NCBI GenBank assembly: GCA_002245135.1
Contig: NGBS01000030.1
Coordinates: 56,452-76,451, forward strand
Source: Proteromonas lacertae
Lineage: Eukaryota
DNA: 20,000 nucleotides
Direction: 5' to 3'
Positions 9,495-18,291 of the stretch are shown here, one piece after another (positions within the stretch are counted from its first letter, which is position 1; each line of letters starts with the position of its first letter). The notes under the pieces are model-generated. The model was not told the origin of the DNA. It saw only the letters and a program-made list of their open reading frames with translations, and did not search any database. A program made the translations under genes and the position numbers.

Positions 9495-11835
9495 ATGTCA
9501 ACAATATCCACGGATGAAGTAGTACTTGAAAGTAAATTTGCTTTATTTATTGATTATAGATGTATCTATTGAAGAAGAACTCAAAAATCCTTTTGTTCTC
9601 CCATTAAAAATACAACATATGTTTTTAGAGTCTTTACAGCAGTATAAAGAATTTAGCAATGAAAGTAGAATTAAAATCTGGTGTAAGCTATTAGGTATAC
9701 CAATAAAAGTATAATATTTCTTTATTTTATATTTATTATGAATAGCCAGATCCATTCCTTGATAATTTCATGACTATGGCAAGAATGGATGAAGATAATG
9801 AAAGAACAATCCTTGCTGATGTGAAGAGAACATATAATGAAGAATCTTTCTTTAATGATAAAGATGTACAACAACTTCAAACAAAATTATTAACTTACTA
9901 CTCTGTACAAAAGTCAATAGACTATAAACAAGGTTTACATGAAGTAATTGCAGTATTTTTATATCTATTCAAAGATATAATAAAAGAAAAGAATGTTTCT
10001 TCACAAATATACCCATTATTCTACAATTTCATAATAAAATTCATACCTTTTTTAAATTATGAAGATGATGGTTTATCAATCCAAATGTTACAAAAATATA
10101 TTCGTTTATTGCTGTTATACCATGATCCTGAGTTATGTAATCATCTTGATGAATACGATATAATGCCTGAATATTATTGTTACGAATGGATTTTGTTGTT
10201 GTTTTGTCATAATAATAAGATTGAAAATGTGTTGAGATTGTGGGATAATTACGTTGTATTTATATATATAATAATTATTATTATTATTAATATATAGGCA
10301 AGTGGAATAAAATGTTTTCATATTTATGTTATTGTTGCTCATTTAATGCAGAATAAGTATTTATTATTATTATTTATTAATAGATTGCTAATAATGAAGA
10401 AGGATCCAGATGATTTAAAATGTGAAATAAATAAGATATTACCATTACCAACTGATTATATCAGTCTATTTGAACAAAGTAAAATATTATTACAAAATAC
10501 TCCACCAACTATATATGCAATCATTAATATATCTTTTTTTTTTAACTGTTGTTTATATAAATATCATATTATATGTTATCTTTAATGTTAATTTTACTCC
10601 ATTTATATTGAACCAATTCAAAAAAATATTTCTGATTTCTATTCTGAAATAAACAACATCACTGTAGAACCACAAGATATTATCTATTATAACAATAAGT
10701 CATTAACTGTTCCACTGTTTTCAAATAAAATGGATGTTATATTATTAGACATTAGAAGTAAAGATAATTTTATGAATGGCAATATTATTGGTTCTGTGTA
10801 TTGATATATATATATATATATATTCATTATTGTATAGTAATTTTGATAAAGAAAAACTTGATTCATATGAAAAGATAAAGGTACAATTCAGTCAATTACG
10901 ATCAATATCAGAGAATCAAATAATTTGTATTATTGATGATGGAAATTCAAACAATGATGAAAATGCAAATACAAATACAAATAATAATAATAGCAATCTT
11001 ACAATGTCTGAGAAATTGAAGTCATTAAGTAAAAAGAATAAGAAGAATTATAAGAATTATAAAATGGATAAAGTCACTATGGATGTATTGAATTACTTAA
11101 TAAAAGTATATATATATATATATTATTATTATATATATTATTAATAGAATAAATATCATTATGTTTGTTACTTAAGAGATGGATATGAAAACTATCATAA
11201 ATATATTATTGACAATACAAAAGAACAACATTATAAGTTATATCTTTCTAATCATGATAAGAACAGCTGTCCATATTGTAATCACACTATTAATATCATT
11301 TTATATTATATATATATATATATTTCTTTAATTATATGTGTAATTGGTCATATTACTAAGAAGGTGACTAGTTTCTTAGGTAAGTTTGTAAAGAAGAGTT
11401 TTGATTGGGTTCATTATAAATCGGCAATTACTGATTTGAATGTAGTGGATAAATCAGAAGATAGTATTAGTGAAGATGAATTGAAATCACAATTTAGAGA
11501 TATTAAACTGTTTAATGGAATAAAGATCAATTCGGATGAGACTTATGAAAAAGGATTGATTGGAATTAATAATAATAGTTTGGTTTATTTACAGAAAGAT
11601 ATTAAAAATGAATTATACTTTGTTATATTGGAAAAATATGATTTAAATCATGTGAAGAAATCATCTTTAAGTATATAACAGTGTAAATTATTATATAATT
11701 ATAGAGAGAAAGCTTGGAATGGTGCAATTTGTGTTTGAAGATGATCATGTTTTTAGTTTTAAGCCAAATAGTTTTGATTTATTATGTGATTGTTTGAAGA
11801 AAGCTGCTGAATCTCATATGAATGATGTTAATTAA
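9495..11835 (+). CDS. TBC1D23: TBC1D23-like protein (TBC/RabGAP + rhodanese-like + C-terminal PH-like domain), ~656 aa, 10 exons
   Basis: TBC motifs RIKIWCKLLG, ILADVKRT, YKQGLHEV, LLLYHDPELCNHLD and VLRLWD. Rhodanese-like VILLDIRSKDNFMNGNIIGSVNF...ICII...YVCYLRDGY. C-terminal LNHVKKSSLKRKLGMVQFVF. Introns 9532-9559, 9709-9745, 10256-10297, 10357-10383, 10529-10597 (AT-AC), 10798-10837, 11106-11147, 11293-11343 (AT-AA) and 11671-11704; exon lengths sum to 1971 nt (657 codons). No N-terminal kinase, so not TBCK. Confidence 0.8.
10529..10597 (+). other. U12-type (minor spliceosome) AT-AC intron, 69 nt
   Basis: Begins ATATCTTTTT, ends TTTAC, with branch-like TCTTTAAT ending 11 nt before the intron end. 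Removal deletes in-frame stops (10583-10585, 10589-10591) and joins the TBC and rhodanese domains. No AG occurs between 10529 and 10665. Confidence 0.85.
11293..11343 (+). other. Probable U12-type intron with non-canonical AT-AA ends, 51 nt
   Basis: Begins ATATCATTTT and contains (TA)n like neighbouring introns. Branch-like TTTCTTTAAT is followed by 11 nt ending in AA. Removal preserves frame. The intron is stop-free, so splicing is not forced by the reading frame. Confidence 0.6.
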
Positions 11836-12001
11836 TGTCATTACTATTATAATTAAATATTATGATATTTTATTGTTCATTTTAAGGGACTAAAATGTAT
11901 AACTACAATAATAATCTAATATATCTAAGAAAAAAGAAAATAAAAAAATGTGAAACGAATATTTTTTTGACACATTTATGTGAAGTAATGAAGTAGAGTA
12001 C

Positions 12002-12721
12002 TATACAAGGAGATTATTCTATTTATATGCAAATATTAATTGAAGTAGAAATTGAGGATAGAGCTATTATTTGATTCACAAGTCAAAAGACATATTTTTT
12101 GATATAAAAATGCTTCCCATTAGGTGAATATGTCATTTATTATTTGTCTGTAAATATCGTTGATTGTGATAAATATTTGTTAAGTCATTAAAAGCTCTTT
12201 AGGTGTGTCTCAAAGTAGTTATTTGGTGTGTAAATTTGCATAATATTCCTATGAGTAGTTTTCTCATAAATCCTAAAGATATAAAAACACATTCCACTAT
12301 AAGAATTCTAATCTATTTTGCAAATAGGACTTATATACTTGACCCAAGCTGGGCTCGTTGAATTTTGACTTTAACACCATTTTCTTTTCGTTTTTTAATT
12401 GTCTTTAAGTTTGAATAAAAAGCCAATACTCTACACATCTATTAATTACATGTTGAAGTTTGTATTTAGCTATAAATTAAAAATATCAAATTTTAATACT
12501 TTTTAGATAGACTTTTAATAGAAATTCCAACTCGACAGAACCAACAATATTTCTAAATTAAGTAATATTTCATAACTAAATTCGCTTGCTATTAGTAAAC
12601 TATCAAACACTGGGCAATCACTTTGTACCGAAGACTTATTAGAATTCTCGAATTATTCTTAAAGATAATATATAAATTGTAAATCTATGTGAGTAAAGCT
12701 AAGAAAATATCTCCTTGTATA
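12002..12721. mobile_element. Non-autonomous/decayed Tc1/mariner-like TIR element (~720 bp) with TA termini
   Basis: Perfect 13-bp inverted repeat TATACAAGGAGAT (12002-12014 / 12709-12721), extending imperfectly by ~6 nt, with TA at both outer ends. The interior has no intact ORF but carries fragmented minus-strand coding-like sequence with GT-AG intron-like segments. Confidence 0.65.
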
Positions 12722-13407
12722 TAAATGACATTTCAAATTTAGAGGATCTATTCTAATTAGTTGTTATATAGTTATATCTAATGTTTAATTGTATAATTAT
12801 AAAATTTATATTGCGTTATATGCACTTTCAAAGTAATATAGTAGAAAAAGTGATTAGCAACCTATATTACATATAACTTCAGATTGAATATTTATTTATT
12901 TGATTCATGATAGAGAAATTAATACATATTCATTAGTATATGAAGAGAAAAATGAGAAAATAAAAAAAGTAAAAGAAGTAAAAATACATGTAATTGTCAT
13001 CTTTTAATGTAATTTTATTATTTGTGTAAAATATTATCATTTTGATTGTAATTAGTTATTTTAACTATTTTTGTATATAAACATGCATATATTTGCTAAT
13101 TGTATAGAATAATATTCATAGTATCATGTGTATATACATTTAATGAAAAAGTAAATGATTTATACATTGATGATTAAGAAACAATTATAAAGAAGAAATG
13201 TGTGATGAAAATGATGAAATAATTACATTGTTAATATACGAAAGTGATATAAAGAAGTTCAAAGATGATAATTTAGGAATAAATAGATTAGATAATGTTG
13301 AGGAATAAGAAGAGGTATTAGAAAAAGACAAGAAGAGAAGAAGACAGTAAAGAGAAGTATTTTAATTGATTGAATTATGCGATGTTGTTATAAGCCATTA
13401 GGAGATT

Positions 13408-13891
13408 TATGCCGTTGGGAGATAAATGGGTTTTATAGAAAATAATATGACAGTAGAGGGCTAGGTAGTGAGTTATATTCAAATATAATCTTATTTTGGT
13501 ATATAAGCTACATTTGCGATATATTTTATTTAAAGCTTCTGGAGACAAAAATTCATCACCTGAGATGAATAAGATGTGAAAAAAAAGATGTTAAGGTAAT
13601 TAAAAAAGGAAAAATAAAAATTGAGTTCAAACCTCTTTCAAGCCTATAATTTCAAATTCAATATTAAGTATAAAGAAATTAAAGTTATCTAATTCTAATC
13701 ATTTTTAGCCTTAATTTCGTTTTCTACTATTGCTACAGATGTTTAATATTAAGTATAAACAAGCAGTGATACATATATAACTGAGTAACCAGAACAATAA
13801 AATATAAGTGTATTTTTGTAATATTTATGGGATTTAGATTACGTTTATAACTTCAACGCAATCTAAAATCCATTTATCTCCCAACGTTATA
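13408..13891. mobile_element. MITE-like TIR element (~480 bp) flanked by TA
   Basis: Inverted repeat CGTTGGGAGATAAATGG(G/A)TTTTA, 22/23 identical, at 13413-13435 and 13864-13886. Outer ends read TA-TGC and TA-TAA. No internal ORF. Confidence 0.7.
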
Positions 13892-13922
13892 CAACAAATG
13901 TATTTGATTTCATCATATATTT

Positions 13923-13930
13923 AACAAACA
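13923..13930 (-). promoter_or_regulatory. TGTTTGTT 3'-end processing/polyadenylation motif downstream of the transposase stop
   Basis: Exact TGTTTGTT on the minus strand, 36 nt after the TAG at 13967-13969. It matches the motif known just downstream of Blastocystis poly(A) sites. Confidence 0.55.
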
Positions 13931-13966
13931 AATATTATTAAACATTTAGAATATTAATTGATTAAA

Positions 13967-16279
13967 CTACAAATCTTTATAGAATGTTATTTCACTAATA
14001 AAGATATAATATTCTACATCACTGAATTTGAATATATTATTAAATATAATAATATCATTTATATCAACAATTTTATCCAATGTAGTAATGCTTATATATT
14101 TGTATATTGTTAATGTAATTTTTGTAACATTTATTTCATTATAATGGATTTGCGAATTATTTATTGACTTTATAATACCAAAATGAATATTTTCTCCACT
14201 ATGGAAGGATATAATTGAATAATAATGAATAGATGGAAATGTTTTAAAAAGGTCAGATATTGATCTAGAATCATTAATAACTAGATTATATTTTCTATTG
14301 ATCTTCATTTTTTCATTATAATTATAAACATATATTTGGTTAATTGATGATATTGTATTTAAGATTGATGTTTTTTGATGATTATTACTTATAGAGATGT
14401 TTTTTATTTGTTTATAACTTCTTTCATAAACACTTGTACTCTGGTGAATAAGCGGGCCTATATTAGACAAATATTTAATTAAGTGAACCAAATCATGACA
14501 GGATGGAGTGAAGAATATATATAATTCCATAATATTTAAATTAGTTACTAAAATGTCTTCCATCTTATTTAAAGTGATATTACTGAATTGATAGTTTAAT
14601 GCATTATTTACTATATCTATGATGTTGAATAATCCATCATAAATCATTATTTCACTCTCTTTTCTTAATTTTATTATCATTAGAGGTAGGATATATAAAA
14701 AGAAGTGGTTTTGTTCTATCATGTTATACTTTGTAAATTTATTTAGCTGAAGATTGTAAAATGATGAAGATTGAGTATAAACCATTTTAAATTGATTATT
14801 GTTGTATAAATTAATTATATTGTCTTTCATTTGATCATAAAACCTATTAAAACAGTTGTTTATTGTATGCATCGCATCAAAAGTTATTAAGTTAATGTCA
14901 TAGTAAATTAATGATCGAAAACTGCTTTGTATATCTTCTTTGTGTTGCTTTTTATTGAAAGTTCTTAAAAATCTACTATATGAATAGTTATTAAATATAT
15001 GGAATAGTCTTTTTTCTTTATATTGATAAAATTGAGGATATAAATTCTGATACTTCTTCTTATAAGCTCTCATTGAGTCTTTTATTTTTAATTTTTCTTC
15101 AACTACAACATTATTGATTATTTTATTAATAGTAATGATTTTGGTAGTTGCTGTGCAAGTTCTACAGAAACTATTACTACCTACGAAATTATGTAATTTC
15201 ATTAGTTTTATTATTCCAATCATATCACCTACTATACTTACCAAATATATATTATATTTGACACCTTCTACCTCTATACCTTTAATAAATATATTGTTTA
15301 ATTCATCAACTACTAATTTTGTAATATCATTTATATTATCATCATTATCACTTATATTTATTACTTGAAGTAATTTACTGTCATTATAATTATTTAATAC
15401 TTTGTATGATAAAACATTTACACTTTTTTTAATAAAGCTAAAGTGATTTATTTCAACACCATCACTACTGATCTGTAACAAAATATGTCTGAAATTTTCT
15501 CTATTTACATCTAAATTATAAATGTTTTTGTAATTGTTACTACTATAAATGCTCTTATATTTGCTTTTATTATTATTAATTGAATCATCAAATTTAATTA
15601 TTTTCTTCTTCAACATTTTTCTAATCCCACTTTCAATTGTAATATAATTATTTTTGTCTGGTTTTTTTAATCCTACTACCTTTTCAACATAATCTCGTAA
15701 AGGCTTGAATGTTTCTTTTAAATGTAAATTCTTTATTGTTTCTATTGAGTTTAATTGTTTCAATAACTTATTTACTTTATCTTGAGATATAGAATTCTTC
15801 AGAAAGAAATAGTATAAGTATACCGATAATTTTTCTTTATCACTATCGCCATTTCTACCTTCATATTCACTATCTCTATCATCATATAATACTGAATCAT
15901 CTAATATTTCATCGTTATCATCATCATCATCACGAAAACCAACATATCCATCATCATTACCATCTCTTCCATTTTCATCTACAGCTATTTCCTCTTCATC
16001 AGTCATTATTTCTAATTCAATTTCATCTCCATCATTACTATCTTCATCATATACATTATTATTTCTATTAGAAATGTCATTCTTTGTTATATTATTAAGA
16101 ATATTATAATCTTCATCATTAGTATTATCATCATTGTCAGAACTATCTGTTTCATCTTCATAACCATCTGCTGCAATATCATCATATTCGTTACTTATAT
16201 TATTATTATCAACATCTATTCTTTTATTATTGTGTGTATCTTCTCTATTAATTACTTTTCTCTTCTTTTTCTTTTTCCT
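13967..16279 (-). CDS. EnSpm/CACTA-like (CMC superfamily) DDE transposase core with acidic N-terminal region
   Basis: Motifs LQISSDGV, IVGDMIG...FCRTC, FDAMH and TPSCHDLVHL...GPLIHQSTSVYER match the conserved blocks of EnSpm/Mirage-type transposases. The first ATG is at 16006, but the frame is open and D/N/E-rich up to 16279. Confidence 0.8.
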   Translation of the reverse strand, partial: RKKKKKRKVINREDTHNNKRIDVDNNNISNEYDDIAADGYEDETDSSDNDDNTNDEDYNILNNITKNDISNRNNNVYDEDSNDGDEIELEIMTDEEEIAVDENGRDGNDDGYVGFRDDDDDNDEILDDSVLYDDRDSEYEGRNGDSDKEKLSVYLYYFFLKNSISQDKVNKLLKQLNSIETIKNLHLKETFKPLRDYVEKVVGLKKPDKNNYITIESGIRKMLKKKIIKFDDSINNNKSKYKSIYSSNNYKNIYNLDVNRENFRHILLQISSDGVEINHFSFIKKSVNVLSYKVLNNYNDSKLLQVINISDNDDNINDITKLVVDELNNIFIKGIEVEGVKYNIYLVSIVGDMIGIIKLMKLHNFVGSNSFCRTCTATTKIITINKIINNVVVEEKLKIKDSMRAYKKKYQNLYPQFYQYKEKRLFHIFNNYSYSRFLRTFNKKQHKEDIQSSFRSLIYYDINLITFDAMHTINNCFNRFYDQMKDNIINLYNNNQFKMVYTQSSSFYNLQLNKFTKYNMIEQNHFFLYILPLMIIKLRKESEIMIYDGLFNIIDIVNNALNYQFSNITLNKMEDILVTNLNIMELYIFFTPSCHDLVHLIKYLSNIGPLIHQSTSVYERSYKQIKNISISNNHQKTSILNTISSINQIYVYNYNEKMKINRKYNLVINDSRSISDLFKTFPSIHYYSIISFHSGENIHFGIIKSINNSQIHYNEINVTKITLTIYKYISITTLDKIVDINDIIIFNNIFKFSDVEYYIFISEITFYKDL

Positions 16280-17358
16280 CTATTCATTACACTATCAATA
16301 TTTATTTCATCTAGTGAAATATAATGAACTTTATCTTCTACAGAGTATTGAATAATGTACTTACCTTTTCTATATTCTTCATTAATTGTTTCTTTAATTT
16401 TCAAAAAATCTAATACAGCTGATTTATTGTTTCTACTTGATCTTGTAACATATCCTTTACTTTGTATTGTATAATTATATGACAATATTCTATCAATTAT
16501 TACATTTGTTAAATAATAAGGAAAATCAATTCTAATTGATTTACCAACCAAATATTCCATATCTTCCACTGATTTTTTACTAGTATAATTTCTTTTGAAT
16601 AAAAATGGATTGATAGAATCTAATACACAATAATTATTATTTATATAATCTATATCATTAATACTACTTACCATTTTTTTATTATAATTGATTGTTTTTC
16701 CCTTTATTACATTAAAACTTTTATAGAATTGAGGATAATATAATTTCTCTATTATAACCTCTTCATTTGCTTTCTTTATAATTTCTCTATCCAACTCTCC
16801 TATTACATCAAATACATATTTTACACACTTTCCAAAATCTCTGTATTTATTATTAATTCTTTATAACAATCAATTAACTTATAAAACAATGGTATATTTC
16901 TTTCTACATTTGTAGTAATTACTTTACTGAAATATATAAAAGCAAGAAATAGAAAGTTATCAATAACTTTATCCATTATTACATCTTTTTCATTATTATA
17001 GAAAAGAAAATCTTCATTTTTATTATCTAAATTTTGTCTTAAGTAATATTGAGCCACTTTTGTAGATATGAATTGATTTTTATAAATTATAATAACATTA
17101 AATCTTAACAATGTAATGATGATGGATGGTTTGTCTGTTTGAAAATATATATTTACTTTCTTATTATTGTATATATTAATTAATTCATCAATATTTGTGA
17201 ATTCTTCATAAAAAAACTACTTCATAATATTTTTGAGTATTTTCATTGAAATTATAAATAGTATCATCAACTACCAACACGTTGTAAGAATTACTATAAT
17301 AAACATCATCATGTATTATATTAGGGTATAATTGAACTAGAATGTCTAAAAATTTCAT
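16252..17358 (-). pseudogene. Frameshifted 5' portion of the transposon coding region (fragments 17358-~17210, ~17210-16821, 16860-16252)
   Basis: ATG at 17358 (MKFLDILVQLYP...) is interrupted by one extra base in an A7 run (17210-17216). Successive frames overlap at 16821-16860 and 16252-16279, each offset by -1. Confidence 0.6.
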
Positions 17359-17381
17359 ATTTATATATAAATATTAATTCT

Positions 17382-17492
17382 CTTTTATTCTTTTTATTCT
17401 TTTTTATTCTTTTTATTTTTTCATTATAAAGTAATATAATATATATCTATATAATAATAATAATAATAGTAATAGTAATAGCAATAGTAATA
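17382..17492. repeat. Simple repeats upstream of the transposon ORF: (T4-6ATTC)n and (AAT/AGT)n
   Basis: About four degenerate tttttattc units at 17382-17420 and an aat/agt/agc triplet run at 17452-17492. Confidence 0.75.
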
Positions 17493-18291
17493 AGCCAAAG
17501 GGGGAAATAACCGTTATATTGCTACAGAGTATTCTTAAGTCATCCTGACAAATAGTCAGTGGCTTAGGTATCTATTATTACATTTATAATGGATGATGAG
17601 TATTAGTCACCATTATCTGTTTCTATTATAAAAACCATACATCAAATGTATAGGAAGCTTTTATTTTACCTGTATATCAGTTTATAATAACACTAATTCA
17701 AATAATCATTAGCTAATGATACTTTTGCATATAACATATTCGGTGTTATCTTAGTTGTTGTAATATCCAACCTAAATAAGAAACAAATCCAATTCGAACA
17801 TTTACTACTGAATTAATAGTATAAACATGTGGAAGATTGTAATATTCTCTTAGGTTTATCATATTCTCTCTTCTCTTCACTTCCCTATATTCACAATTTG
17901 CATAACCAAGTCGAAAAATTACTCACTATACTCATTCTACTCACATGATAGTAATTTGTTGTAACATTAGTATAAATACAATCACATATAAAATAATTCC
18001 TTGAATCTATTGAAATTTGATTTTTAGACAATAACTTATATAGCCAATAGATTAATTTGCATATTTACTTTCTCTTAACCGCCTTTCACTTCACATTTTT
18101 ACTTGGATATTTATTTTAAGCATCTTTATGTGAATCAAACATCAAATTGACATGTACACTATATATTATTATCTATTCACTATAATAAAAATAATCTAAA
18201 CTTATACATTCATTTAATTTCTCAAAACTTAAAAACTGAAACGAATATAATTTTTGAAATACACTTTAATTCTTTTTTCTTCTGTTGTGTT

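Noticed and set aside
97..11835. Stop codons created by polyadenylation (a Blastocystis trait)
   Set aside because: All five reconstructed genes end in a genomically encoded TGA, TAA or TAG.
13130..13365. Purine-rich coding-like stretch (MCDENDEIITLLIYE...KKRRRQ)
   Set aside because: It has multiple stops and no recognisable homology. It may be a decayed fragment but cannot be supported.
13660..13759. 15-nt direct repeat aatattaagtataaa (13660-13674, 13745-13759)
   Set aside because: It is almost pure AT with only two copies, so it is not a CRISPR-like or otherwise interpretable array.
16252..16279. Programmed -1 ribosomal frameshift into the transposase frame
   Set aside because: There is no in-phase X XXY YYZ heptamer (GGA AAA AGA AAA AGA AGA GAA AAG TAA) and no evident downstream structure. 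Mutation or assembly error is simpler.
13728..17528. 12-bp direct repeat TATTGCTACAGA (13728-13739, 17517-17528) as the TSD of the transposase element
   Set aside because: CMC elements make 2-3-bp TSDs, there are no TIRs just inside the repeats, and the left copy lies within the MITE-like element. It may be chance.
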